From Paecilomyces variotii (Eukaryota), in NCBI GenBank assembly GCA_004022145.1, contig RCNU01000002.1: DNA of 64,000 nt; one strand, 5' to 3'. Under the pieces are notes generated by a model. The model saw only the letters and a program-made list of their open reading frames with translations, was not told the DNA's origin and did not search any database. Both the position numbers and the translations under genes were made by a program. Positions 50,630-64,000 of the stretch are shown piece after piece; the first letter of the stretch is position 1; each line of letters starts with the position of its first letter.

Positions 50630-52381
50630 CTATGGGAGAGGTGGCCAGACGGGGAACTTCACTGTAGATTTAATAGTACCGTAGCTTCGTCCTCTATCAT
50701 CGACTTCCATATCCTCAAGACGAAACTTCCAGGCGCTGGCGACCTGCTGATTTGGTTCATATGAAGACTCCGACAGCCACCTAGCAGTAAAGGTCCCGGT
50801 AGATCGCTCACAGAAGAAGTCAAACGCGTTTTCAAAGGCAAAATCACCAAAAACTCTGATCCGGGATAGACGAGGCATCCGCTGCACTGCATAGCCTATT
50901 GAGACGAATAATCGGTGAAAGGCATCGAGATCCATCAACTGCCGTGTTAGCCAGCCATTTTCTGGATGACAGATTTCCATATCCCAATCATCAATTTCGT
51001 CGATCTCGGCCTGGCGTTCTGGGGTGTACTGGAAGAGCCATTTCCCTGTTTTATGGATTGACTTATTAGTAATTATCTGATTTAGCAGATGAATGTCTTC
51101 ACATACCTGATGGCGTGACCCTCGGAACCAGCTCAAAGATCATAGTTTCAAGACGTGGCCAAATACAAGACGATATATCGGAAATTGGCTCCAAAGAACT
51201 GTTCAAGGGGCATAAAAAGTCAAGTGAGAGGGCAGTCTGTTCTATTCTCAGTTCCCGAAGACGGAAACTGAGGTCATGGAGATTGATAGACAAATGATCT
51301 ATCCCAGAAGGCGGAAGGAGATTTAAAGCGGGCATCGTCTCTTTCCAATTCATCTCGGTCCCGTTCTTATAGTTAAATACTCGCAAGGAATGTGGCACCT
51401 TTTTGAGCCCCTCTGCTACAGCTGGAGTCGGGAAGCATGTCAGCTGGAAAAGAACAGGTAGTATTCGACTCAGAATTTCATACCTTGTCGTCTTTGCATC
51501 ATAAAACCTTCATGGTCCGGTCGGACATATTCGTTCAGATCCAATTCCAATTTTGTGACTGTAGGGCAAGATGCAACGATCTGAAATGCCGTACCAGCCC
51601 AGATGCGGTGGTTTCTGTTGACACCATTCCTAAACGACTCGTTAAGAAACAGGAGCCGATCGATACATGTAATCTTTGGCAATATTGATGCATCATCATT
51701 CAGAGGAAAGCGGGCCCGGTACGGCCGCACAGAAACAGTACGGCCATTAGTGAAGTCCCAGTCGTAATCTCCAGCATCAGGATGCCCGTCAGTGCATGGT
51801 TCTTTACCCAACTCTCGTCCAAACAGACCGAGTTCCAACGCAACACGGTGGCTCCCGCTCCAAGAACTCAGCACCTCGAACAGGCCAATAATGCCCGACT
51901 TAAATGCTTCGTCATTGGCGTCTCGAATAGAGTTCTTATAGCTGTAATTTCCAGCTTTGATTATTGTCTTCCAGTCCTCAATAAGATATGGAACAACAAT
52001 TCGGTATTTGATGTAACGGACCCAGCCCCGTCGCACGGTACCAGTGCCCGAAATCAGATGCGCGAACCGAGAAAGCGAGAGAGGCTTTTTTGTTTTCTTC
52101 TTCATAGTCCGACTGGCACTGCTGTACCAGTCGGGCATGGGCGGATAATAGAATTCCGTCCCCCAAAGTTCTCCTAATTCTTTGTGTACCTCTCGTACGT
52201 CGCTATGGGCTTCGCCATCTTCAACTTCCTCGCTGTAGACTGTCAGGTTCGAATAAATAAACGACTCAAATGCTGCCTGCCATTGACGGCATACAACAGT
52301 GTACTGAGCAAGTGGACAGTCATCAGAATGGAGACATTCTGCAATGAGAGATATGACTTCCAATGGCAGATTCCTAGTCAT
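50630..52381 (-). CDS. Hypothetical protein with an F-box-like N-terminus (about 2 introns)
   Basis: N-terminal LPLEVISLIAECL...LAQYTVVCRQWQAAFE; three consecutive minus-strand ORF segments joined by plausible GT-AG introns; C-terminal A.GYAVQRMPRL. Confidence 0.65.
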
Positions 52382-52626
52382 AGTGATTAGGAAGTAGCGA
52401 GCTCGTCACGAGCCTGAGCAGTGCACTGCGGAGAGAAAAGGGCTGGATCTTGGGGGGCCGGTTGCCGATGTCCAACATTATTATTATTATCTTGTCTATC
52501 TCGAGCAAGCACAGGCCCCTACTTAAGAACTTAGGCGGCGGGTCCTCGAAGCGAAGGTTTGTGCTGTGGGTCAAGTAATAATTCAGGAGAATGCAGTTAT
52601 TTACCGAGTACTACATACCATGTTCA

Positions 52627-52867
52627 TACTGTCTGTTATATTTCTTTTCAGCCTGGTCACTTTTCAGAAGCAATATGTCGATTCTCTTTATTGATATCTA
52701 TCTTTTCTATTTTCCTTTCTATTTTTTTTTTTATTTTCCTTTCTATTTTCTATTCTTTCCTTTTCTTTCTTCTTTCTTTCTTCTTTCTTCTCTAAATATT
52801 TAAGTGTATGGTTTCAGTATATACTCCTGTATATATGAGCGCCTTTATAAATAATATAGTATCTTAT
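52627..52867 (+). repeat. Diverged direct repeat, copy B (partner at ~50136-50342), more AT-rich
   Basis: Same blocks as copy A, with several C>T and G>A differences and an expanded (T/C)n tract. Confidence 0.8.
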
Positions 52868-53573
52868 TCTTTAGTCTGATTAAATTAAAGCTATATTATT
52901 TATCTCATCAGAACTCGCTACTAGATAGTCTATATATTCCTGCTAATCGATTTTGCATCCAGAGGAAGTAAGTAAATATCAATATATAACTAAAGCTAGT
53001 GAAAAAGAGAATATCATAATAATATTATCAGCCTTCTTTAGTTATTATGATAATATCCCTGGTAATAAGGATGCTAATTAGACAACCTCCTGGCCGCAAT
53101 ATAGGCGCTAGCATAATATCTGCCGTCATTTCTGGTTTCGCATAGCTGAGGAATTCTGCAAGCCAGACTCCCCTTGAATTATAACCTGGAAACTTTATTT
53201 TCTCGATAGGATCCTTATTATTCATGGATATAGGTCATAACTGGCATATATCGCTATCTGATCTTCCCTTGAGGCATTTTTGGTCCCGGATTGCAGCGTC
53301 TATCGTGATGAGTTGAGGTGGATGGCCAGGTGAATAGTTTTTAAGATTGCTTTTGGTGAAATGATCTAGACCTTTGGGACAAACAGATTGTGGTCTCTTA
53401 CCCATATAATTTGTCATGCCCCAACACTCATGGATTTCTTAATCAAAGCGCGTTGTATTGATTAGGAAAAAAAAAAGACTACCTTTCCAATTGTTTACCT
53501 CCAACTACATTCAGCCATCGTAAATCACAGATGTCAGGGATGAGTTCTTACTGCTGTCGCCAATGGCTCTGCT

Positions 53574-56500
53574 TTACAGCAACATTTTGATACCCTTTTC
53601 GTTGCCGACCTCCTTCGCTGCAAGTAAAGCTGTTCCAAGCTTTCCGCCCTCCGCATCGATATCCGCGCCCCATTCCAGCAGAACATTTGTACAACACGTA
53701 TAGCATGACCAGGGGCAAAGATTAAATTTTCCTATCGACGCTAGACAGAGTTCTGCCCAATTCTGCGCCATGACTACCATAAGCGGTGTGCCAACGCACT
53801 CATTCATAGCATTGACATTCGCACCGCATGATAGAAGGGACTCTGCCGCCATCGCATAGCCACGGAAAGCGGCTGCGTGAAGTGCTGTTCCATATTCACC
53901 TCCCTCAAGGTCGACATCTGCGCCCCAAGAGACAAGTCTCTTAACCCCTTCATCGTCATCGCTCTCTGCGGCGATATACAATAGCGTTTTCCCATTTTTG
54001 GGGTCCCTTGTGTCGGGGGACACACCTTGACCAAGGAAATAGGTGACCATGTCCTCAGATCTGGAAGGAAAACAATGTGGACTTAGACGGGAGCCAAGGG
54101 CAAGGCGGTCTGCGGGCTCCCACTTTTGTGAGTCAAGGATTAGCCGTACGCACGAAACCTGTCTGCGTCGGATGGCTCGTCCCAGTGCATACTCGAGGAC
54201 ATCAGAACTATGTCCAGCATGTAGTAGTAGCAAATTGACAATTTCCTCGTATCCTTTCTCGGAAGCAATAGCTAAAGGTTGTTTGTCGTCAACATTGTCG
54301 AAGAAAAGTGGAACATTGAAGCTCAGCAGTTCTTTGATCGTGGGTATTGAAACTTCATGGTGTCCCATAGCAGCAAGTATGGACTCTTTGATGTCTTCTT
54401 CAGTAGGTATGTACTTTGTACCCACATAATGAACCCTATCGACGTCAAGACTCCGCGAGGCCGATATTAATGCTGTGGAATAGTGTGAAGGATTTTTAAA
54501 CAGATTGTATCCATGATGCTCAAGTTTCTTGAAAAGATCAGTAGTACCTCTTCGCGCAATGTACGGAAAGATATCCTCGATCTCGCCGTACAGATCATTA
54601 CCGACTCCAGTATCAAGCAGGATCCTCAATACCTCCATCCAACTGTGAGAATCAGAGATGCCCTGAAATTTCTTGATTTTACTAATGACCACTCTCAAAA
54701 GATCATTTCCATCGTGATCGCGAACATTCACGTCGGCTCCATTCCGTAGCAAAGCCTCGATAACGGAATTCCTTCCGTTCTCAACAGCCAGTAGGAGGCT
54801 CTTCGGCCAGTTCTCAACAGTGAAGTACTTTAGGATATGCGCAACAAAACCTTGATGTCCTTCTGAACAGGCGAAGGTGAATGCACCGTCAAAATGCTCG
54901 GGGTTGAAGCCAGCGCGAATCCCTTCTTGGACCAGCATTGTTGTAATCTCTGTTGTATTGCGAGTGAGGCTTGTCTTCAACACGGCGGTAGACGTGCCCT
55001 GTATATATCCCCATGGACCATGCTGGAATAGCCGTCTTGCAATAGATACATGCCCCTGGAGACAAGCTGCAAACAGTGGGATGATATGATCACTGGGGAA
55101 GCCATAATAAACCATGCCGCGTAATTGACCTTTGAGGTAGACGTTTGCCCCGTTATCAAGAAGGATAGAAACGATAGATTCTTGTCCGTGAAAGGCCGCG
55201 AGATGTAGAGGGGTTGAAATAAAGGTTGTTTTAACAAAATATGAACTGTCTTTTGAATATGACTTCTCAAGGTTGTCATCAATTGGAATATCGCAGTTGC
55301 CGTCCACGTTGGCTCCTTGTCGCAACATAAAGGTCACCAGGTGTTGGTGACCGTTACCTGCGGCAAGACTCAGCGCAGTTCCAGTCCCCTTATCTACATC
55401 ATCGACCCCTATCCCGTGACGGAGAAGCAGCTTGACTATGTCGATATAACCTTTTGCAGAGGCAGCTTGCAGCGCATTTCCGACCCCTTTCCCAGGCGCT
55501 CTCACATTGGCACCCTTATCAAGCAAGAACTGAACGATGTCAATATTTCCCGCATCGCAGGCAACTTGAAGGGCATTGCCGTTTTCGCCGCCTGTGTCTT
55601 CGATGTTTGCATTGCGGTCAATTAGGAACCTCACGGTTTCAAGGTGTCCTCGCTCAGAGAAAACCTGAAGGCATGACCCATAGTGAGACCCATAAATACC
55701 TGTCCAGTGCTTATCGATTTGAGCGCCTCGAGATAGTAGCACTTCTGCCACATCGAAGTGACCCCCCTCCAAGGCTGCTTGCAGTGGAGTCCCGAGTATC
55801 GCACGTTTAGCATTGACGTCGGCTCCATGGTCTAAGAGACTTTCCACTACAGCGCGGTGTCCCCAGAAAGCAGCAATCTGCAAGGCGGTATATGCGCCCC
55901 AGGCATCTATACGTGCCCCTTTTGCCAATAATTTATTTACCAAGGTAACGTTGCCTCGTCGTGCGGCGACCTCTAGCGGACCTAGGTCTGTCGGAATGTC
56001 GAGGTGTCCACTCCCAGCCCTTGATCCAGGGAGCGCCTTTTTCTTGGGCCGACAAGCCTTGCTCGGGAGGTCACTAATATTATCACGCCGCATGGAATAC
56101 GACAGATATTTGAAACGATTTGAATCTTTATGTGGGTTCAGCTTGGCTCCGGCCGCGAGGAGCAGATCGACGATTTCCTGGTGGCCGGCATACACGGCAG
56201 CTTGCAGTGCATCCTGATAACGCCCGGACACACCACCCCGCTCACTGTGCAATGAAGCACCATGCTCGATCAACAGACGAACAGCCTGCTCATGTCCGTT
56301 AAAAGAAGCAGCTTGGAGCGTGTTACCAAAATGGCCACCAAAGCCGTCAACAGATGCGTTGTGAGCCAGCAGCAAGAGCATGATGTCCACATTCCCCAAA
56401 GAGGCAGCCGCCTGGAGTGCGTCGCCCAGCTCCTTATCCTTGACGTTGGGATCCAGACCCTTTTCGAGTAGGTATTTTGTGATATCGACATTGTTGGCTA

Positions 56501-59500
56501 TAGCAGCAGCCCGCAAAGGAAAGCCGAATCGTCCACGACTGTCAAGGTTGGCGCCGGCATCGACGACAGCTTGGAGGAGGGTGAGTTTGCCACTGGCAAT
56601 AGCTGCGGCCACGGCATTCCCAAAATACCCTTTCTCTTCGTTGATATCGCCGCAGACTTGTAGTAATCGCTTCACTTGTCTCGCCCTGCCACCAAAGAGA
56701 GCAACTTGGAAAGGGTCGGGCCGGATGTTTGGTTCGAAACTGGAGGCTTGATCACACAAAAGGTGCTCCACCATCTCAACGTTCCCTTTAAAACTGGCAA
56801 TCTCTAGCGCATCATTAAACTGTTCTCGTGTGACGGGCTTGAATCCAGCATCAATCAAAATTTGAGCGACATGGTTATGACCGTTTGCTAGAGCGGCTTG
56901 GAGAGGACTTGAGTATTCACCCTTGTCGCCGGGAGAAAAGGACGCGCCGGAATCGAGCAAGACTTTCACAACTTCTGCATGGCCAGCAAAAGAAGCCGCT
57001 TGGAGTGCATTTCCATATTGTGATCCCAATGCATTTACAGCAGCCCCCAGACCTATCAGTTTCCGAACGACGTCTGCGTGGCCCCAGCGAGCAGCTAGGT
57101 AAAGACCGGAAGTGTTATGTTTATTTCTTTGGTTCACGTCAAGTGTCTCAATGACGCTAGAACAGTGAAGAACCTCAATTATACCAAAGCAACATGCTGT
57201 GAATAGGGCAGACGGCGGGGAGCTGAAGCATGCTTCCAACTTTCTCTCGAGCGACTTACTCCATCTGGGACCCTCTTCAATTGGTCGTTCGTCGAGAATC
57301 TCCAGCCAATCTTCGAAATGTTCCTCTTTGGTAAAAAACCTGGTGAGTGATGTCTTGATTGCTGCTCTTTGTGGTGAACCACTGAGCTGCTCCACATGAG
57401 CGGGCCAGTTCTGAGTAGCGTAGTTCAGAAAGTCATCATCCTCCCATCCGCCAGCGAGGTATGTGCCTAAGCATCTCTCAACCATCATTGCATTGGCATC
57501 TTGAATGGAGTAGCAATCCAAATTCTCAAGGAATCTGCACAGACCGGTCAGCTCTACCTGTCGTGTCTCCAGCTCATTGAAAGGACATACTCTCGGACAG
57601 TCAAGTGTACCAAGCGGAAAGTGTCTGCTTCGTTGTCTATTACAACTAGGTTGCAGCAGTAGTCAACGATTGATCTCGGTGATACTCTGGATGATGACTT
57701 AGATGGCCAGCTGACGGCAGCCACCAGTTCACAAATCGAGAGCTTTCTTCCTGCATATAGTAACCATTGGAGACATTGCACCGCCACCTGCCGGGAACTT
57801 TCGCTCATGGACTGGATTCGTCTGTGGATGGCTTCGTATGACGTGCTCAGGGCCGAAGGAAGAGAACCCAGAGCTTGACGAATACTGTCAATGTCCTTGA
57901 TGCGGTCGGTATCCCCGATGTTTTCGATCTGGAGAGCAACCCAGAGAAACCTACAGTCATTAACATAAAACATTCATAAGATATGATGTTTCTCTCCCTG
58001 AAACTCACATTCCTTGTGCGCCTGTCACGAGTACATTGGTTATATCCTTCTCAAGCTGCTGCAGTGCCGCGGTCGTCTCGTCGTGCATAGTAGACCACCT
58101 CCTCATGAAGTTCTCAACCTGCCTCTTAACAAACCGCTTCAGATCTTTCTCATTCACTTGAGAAGTGACTTCTAAAACTTCCCCTTTACGGAAGTAGACA
58201 GCAAGATCTTCTTCATGCCGACTCGACACGAAAATTTTGACAACATCACGACACCTTTGTCGGATGTCCTCAAGGGCATTGAGAATGACTCCCCGCTGCT
58301 GGGAGCCACACTCATCCAATGCATCAATGATGATTGTGAATGGAGTTAGCCTGCCATGTTCACAAATGAGATCGACGCTTTCTTCCACCGTTAGCGGGGC
58401 CGGCCTTTCTCCGACATGGCTTGCTTCTTCTTGTCGCTTTTGATACATTTCCACGGATGGACGTCGTAAACTGGTTCCCTTTCTGCATAGAGATATCTGT
58501 TTGACTAGTGATCGGAGTATATCTCGGGGGTCGGTGCGCTCGGGCTCTGCAGGGTTCCGAGAACAAAAGAAGTGAGCTATCGGCGCTGGTTGGGATGTAG
58601 TATCGCCGCTTTCCCGATTGAGGCTTTGTATCACGATCGCGCTTTATCCAGTTAACCATAAAGATAATCACAGTAGAACTTTTTGGTATAGCAAACTAAC
58701 GCAAGTTTTGTCTTTCCGCAGCCCGCTACACATATTGTTAGCTCAGAATGACCTGGTCTGTATCTATCGGCTTTAAGTAATACTTACGAATCCCGTTCAA
58801 CCAAAATGTTTCGGAACTACTAGAATCTCTCCAACTCTTGAAGCATGGGCTTTCTAGCAGCCACTCACCCGAGTCAGGCAATAACGATGTACATGCCTCT
58901 CTGTAGTGTTGCTGCACGGGGACCGTGGAAAGCCACCGTAGAATCTCGTCTCTCTCATTCTCTAGTTTAATTTAGTAACGGTAGCCCAGTCCTGCTAGAG
59001 AAAGTACCTTTGAGAGCATCACGAAGCTCAGATACCTGATCAGACATCCTAAGTAGAGGCTGTTCAAGATCCAGTAGTGCACCCTTCAGTCGTGGCTGGA
59101 TATTGTCAATGCCATCAGTGGCCGTGCTCACTGCCAGAAGCATTGTCGAAACCTTGCCCTGAATATCATCCATGTCTAACACAGATTCAGCGAATTGAGC
59201 CAGATTTGTTCCCGGATTGATATTCTTACTCTCGCTATCCACAAGCCCCTTCAGATTGAACACCTTCTGCTCCGCAGCCTGCATTTCCCTAACCGATTCT
59301 TGAAGGGACTGCGTTGATATCAAGTTGAGTACACGCTCTAATCACACATCGTTAACACCCCCTGTGAACTCATCAGTTTTCTGAGTTAACCTACTCATGC
59401 GCGACCCATCATGATGCTTCTTAGCCTTGCAAAGAAACCCCAGAATAATCGAATACAGCTTGACCATCTCCTTTTCCAAGACCATCCTGGCATCAGTCGC

Positions 59501-59953
59501 TCCACCACGCCGGAGAAACAGGGCCTCAACAATGCTGCAGCGGGCTATCAATTCCGTTGCCTTCTCTAACCCCTCAACAATAGCGCCAAAGGCCTCAAAA
59601 GCCGAAAAGCTCAATCGCAGCAAGAAACGCACCCCTGCCCACGGAAGCGCGGCGTGAACAGGGTCATATTGGACAGCGACATCAATAACTTCCATGAACT
59701 TTTTGACATACGAGGCGATCTTGGTACATAGGTCGCGGATGACGAGCTGTTTCCCGCCAACACTAATGGTTGTCCAAGTATCCCGCTTGCAGCGGTCGCG
59801 CTGCCTTTCCAGTGCTGACAGGATATCCTGGAGGATTCCTTTTGCATCTGGAGTGGAAGTGGATGATATCTTGAAGATCTGCTGGTCTCTTGGGGGGAGT
59901 GACGATAGGGCGCGAGACCAGAGTGATGGCGTTGGAGTTAAGGAGGTTGCCAT
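53574..59953 (-). CDS. Fungal NLR-like STAND protein: N-terminal helical domain, NACHT NTPase and long ankyrin array (about 7 introns)
   Basis: N-terminus LWSRAL...DVAVQYDPVHAALPWAGVRFLL; Walker A WLNGIPGCGKT split by introns; Walker B IIIDALDEC; KIFVSSR; AQGM|FLWVALQ; many GxYGNALQAASxxGHxxxVxxLLxxGA ankyrin repeats in a 1315-aa exon. Confidence 0.9.
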
Positions 59954-61243
59954 AATGGGAGGCCGCGTTCTTCGATCGAAATCTGTAGCTTGTCCAGCTT
60001 CGTGATATATACTCTCGACTCATGTTATTGTGAAAAATGCCAACGGATGTCACTCCAGTCAATATAAGCTGACAGGAGCGGGGCAGATCGTCGCCGCAGC
60101 CTGATGTCTCTTTGCGCCAGTACCTAAGAGTGAGATTCTTATTCGCTCAGGTCAGTGCCCCTGCAACAAACGAGGCTGAGACGGCCATCAAATGTGTTAG
60201 CGGTTATCGAGGACCAATTTGTCCACAATAGAAAAGTACCAAGACAACCGCGTCCAACGCTCGAAGCCTTTTTGGTGTGTTGTGATCCCCCTCATGGAGA
60301 GAAATAGGCTGCTTGAACCATGTAACGCACAACAGATCGTTCCCAGTTCTACAAATCCTATTACACCTACTTCCCAGCATTCTCCTTGAGGACAATAACT
60401 TCTTCTGCTGAAACCGCGGCAGCATTGGAGAAGCAGATTGTAATCGACCGCGAACTAATTCAGGGCATACCAACTGTCTCAGCACTTTCCCTGGTCCGCT
60501 ATATTGCTGCAGGACTCTGTTCGGGTACGCAACACACTTTTCGCTGGAAGAAAAGCATCTGACAAGGTTGAACCAGCGTACTGCCAGCATAAGCGCACCG
60601 AGTTGCTTCGTTAAGGACATTGCGATACCTTTCTGGCACCTTACCCAGGGCCAACACGACTTATCAAGGAGCTCCTATACCGTCTGAAGATACCTCATCT
60701 GATTACTGAGGACGATGGAGACAGAAATGGGACTGTTTGTCGGCGCGAGCAATACTGTGGCGCGATTTACCAAAATACTGTTTTTGTCATTCATCATCTC
60801 ACGGCTGTTCAAAGTAACCATCACTCAACAGAAAAGGTTATCTCTATCGGCATAACGAACTATTTATCTCCCTTTGAGTTGGCTATCACGCTTTGGGATT
60901 GCCTTCGATCATTGGAAGTTCCAGAAACTGTCCCATAAGGTCCACCATAAGTGATATCGTCCTAGGACGACGCTCTGAAATAACGTCGTTTCGGCGCAAC
61001 TTTTTGTTATTCGCCTCAACCCACCTTTCCATTTTAGAAGGGACGCTGAAGTGCTAAGGCCGCATTTACAAGCTGCAGTTCTGATGAGCAAGTCGAGCAC
61101 TTCGTGCGTACAGGATTTCTGGGGATTCCAGACTTGGCTTCGAGCATGACCTGGAGCGATAAGACGAGAAGAGCCATCATGGCATTCACCAGTGACTCGG
61201 CTTGGATCACTTCGATAAATATCATTTCCAAATTTACTATGTT

Positions 61244-63603
61244 CTAACTCGTCTTCAGTTTGATGTCTTTGGCAATACCTCTCAAACCTCTAGCAATAAC
61301 ATGTCTACCATCCCAGACAGGATATATGACAACCGCAATCAAGGCAAAAAATTGCCATATGAGAGATACAGTCACCCAACCGGAGAAAAATGACTTTGTG
61401 AAGATGTAATCCCTGTGCAATGGCATAGGCCAGAGCAGGATCGTAACCGTCCAGTTTACTATCATGAAAACAGTAGCTATCTTCAGCCACTTCTTCACGT
61501 GGCGCATGGTCTCCTGGTCAAAGGGATGGACTACCTGGTCCAATGGAAGTTTGTTGAGTTCAGGGCGCACTGTTTGATTCGGGATTGGAGGCTGTACAGA
61601 GCCGATTTCAACCTCAGGATTCTTGTTTTTATCCTCGGTCGTGAGATGCTCTTCGTTGACCCCCACGGAGCTATCCTGGGGGGACGGTGCCGTCGTGCTT
61701 GGCTTCGACTTATCCTCGATGAGGTCGATTCTGAGAAACTCGCGCCAATCGAATCGTTGTGGCCAAGCGAGTGAGATGATAATAGAGAGGACTAGGGGCC
61801 CGAATAAAGATACGAGTGAGCCCCAAAGAGAAGGCATTTGTTGACCAGTGGTAGCGATCGTAATGGCACCGTACCAACGTTTCGAAAGACCAAGCCAGGT
61901 ACCAAGTCCACCCGCTAGACCAAGGACTGGCGATACGATGGCGGCAAGCTTCGTTTGCCGTGACCAGATCAGGGTCAGGAGGAGCGGACAGATTCCCGGA
62001 CATGTAACAACGGGCAAAAAGTAGGTACTCCAGTTTCCTGTTTACATGTCAGTAAAGTGTCACTCAGACTAGCAGCCCAGCCACAGCACGATATACTCAC
62101 CATTTGCTCCACTGTAGTTCATCATCAGTGTCCAACCAGCGATAAGAAGTCCATAGGCAACTACGCCCAAGTGACTGACTGTAAGGATCTGTCTATCCGA
62201 AGCGTTCGGCTTGAAGTATGTCTTGAAGAAGTCTAACGAGACGATACTACTGACTGCAATCATGGACGAAGAGACCGTACTGGTAACGGCCATGAAAGCA
62301 AGTACTAAGAAAGCCCTTGTAGCACCGTCGCCAAGTAATGACTTTAAGACGTACGGTAAGACAAGCCCATTCGCGACGTCGGTTTCGCTGAGGATATTGG
62401 GATAGGATACGAATACTGGAGTGTGCTCGATTGCCCGACAAGCCAGCCCAACCACCGTGCCAATAGTCCATGGTACAGCGATGATCGCAATGGAAGCAAG
62501 GTTGTAACCCGGTACCGTCGCAGAGACTTCGGACGCGAAGCTCTTCTGCCAGAACGCAGTATCCTGAACCAGGAAGGTCAGCCAGAATCATGGTGATACC
62601 CGGGAAGATTGGTGCCGCACCATAACTACCAACGCAAGATTTCCGATTCGCAAAACAACACCCCAGATAATTGCGTTATGGGACTTGAAGCTCAGAAGTG
62701 AGCCCTTGTAGTTCCCATCAATGTGGACATCGAGTGCTTTCACTTTGTCGTAAAGACCTCCGATGCCCCCAATATGCTCGTTTGTGAGAATCGATAACGT
62801 GAAAAAGATCAAGAGGACGAGAGCAATGGTCGTGTGGCAAAAGTCCGTCAAGAACGTAGCTTTCAGACCACCTACAGCGGTGTACAGCATGACTTGTTGG
62901 AGGTCAGCGAAGGAGATCAAGCTATGCGAATACTTGCCGACTTACCTCCCAACGGGATCAGGAATGCTGCGGCTACAGGATGCATGCCCCTATTCCCAGA
63001 CACAGTCAGTATCGAGAATTTCGGGAGTGCCAGCTCTGAAAGATACTTACGTTATTCCCTGGAAGAGTAGCATACCCGTCAAAATCATAGATGAGCATCC
63101 GAAGAAATTATTTATCAGGTTGAGAACAATAAAAACCCCATGGCCCATGTTTCCGTAACGTTTCCGTATGAACTCCATTGATGTATGGGCATACGGCACC
63201 CTCAGCTTGGCGATAATACCCATAAAGGCCATTAGGGCAATCTGGCAGCTGAGCGCGCTTGCATACCATACGGGAGCTGCAATCCCCCACCAATAGGCAT
63301 ATGTACAAGCATACACAGTCTCATCGATCCACATCCAACTTGAGAACACGGCAGACGCTGTCAGACCTATACCAACTGATCGGTTGGCAACCATGAACCT
63401 AGAATAACCCCAAACGTCAGATTACACGTCTAGACAGTACGTCCTGGATTCCATACGAACATTTCTGAACGGTTTGTCTCCTCCTCCAAGTAGCGTCTCT
63501 GGATGCGTACTGCGGCGAGAATAATGAGGGCAAAGGCAATGGCAAGCCCGATAAGGAGGCCGTAGCCAGTCCCCTGGTTGAGGAGAATGTCGGTTGCAGC
63601 CAT
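61244..63603 (-). CDS. Sodium:solute symporter, DUR3-like urea/polyamine transporter (about 5 introns)
   Basis: LNQGTGYG, EM|FMVANRSVGIGLTASAVFSSWMW, AHT..E.IR.RYG, YTAVGGLKATFLTD, AFWQKSFA, FMAVTSTVSS.MIAVSSI, C-terminal LWPMPL...FTKSFFSGWV. Confidence 0.9.
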
Positions 63604-64000
63604 GGCAGATACCGAGATTCAATTTTGCCTTGTCTTCGCATATGGCAGGTAATCAACGACTTCGAGGAACAGGCGAATTTCTATATCTACATAATGTTTT
63701 GCCTGTGGAGACAATGCTCATGACGCGACGTCGGTGAAGAATCTCCTCATCAGTTGGAAAGCTTTTACATCTCCGCTATTATCAGGCTTCGACCAAGCAG
63801 AAGATATAATGACTCGTCAAATCTAAACTCGCAAGCCATGTGGAAATGTCATAATGTGCCGAGGACAACGTGGGTTCACCTCGACATTACCCACTAGACT
63901 GACTTTGTGGGCTTAGAGCGTATGAGTGCTCACTGCTGCTAACATAATGCTGGCGAAGAAACTAATGAGATTTGTGCACTGCGTAAATATAGAGCATACA

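Noticed and set aside
60204-61231. Short ORFs between the NLR and the DUR3-like gene
   Set aside because: No motifs or consistent exon structure; cannot be distinguished from intergenic DNA.

Overview
64 kb of an intron-rich filamentous ascomycete genome (GT-AG introns with CTAAC branch sites; gene content is Eurotiomycete-like, which is my inference). From left to right: a prokaryote-type Mo-bisPGD cluster (3' part of a NasA/NapA-like oxidoreductase, a stand-alone moeA and mobA), then nop7/pescadillo, PIG-U/GAB1, NAT4, an aldo-keto reductase, a small helical protein, a Ctr copper transporter and an SDR. Next is a gene-poor ~5 kb stretch holding three tRNA-His(GUG) genes. After that come phenol 2-monooxygenase, GH36 alpha-galactosidase, a nitrilase-amidase pair, an MDR oxidoreductase, a Sip1-type GH36, mitochondrial TyrRS (CYT-18 type), a Zn2Cys6 TF, a tannase/feruloyl esterase, PLAC8, an F-box-like gene flanked by diverged direct repeats, a NACHT-ankyrin NLR-like gene and a DUR3-like transporter. 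The most striking signal is that all three tRNA-His genes have identical exons, each interrupted in the D-loop by a 53-54 nt insert. The insert carries spliceosomal signals (GTGAGT donor, ACTAAC branch point) but must end at TG, not AG, to rebuild the tRNA. The second signal is the bacterial-style bis-MGD enzyme plus cofactor-maturation cluster. All calls come from reading motifs by eye; no database searches were run, and exon boundaries are manual estimates.
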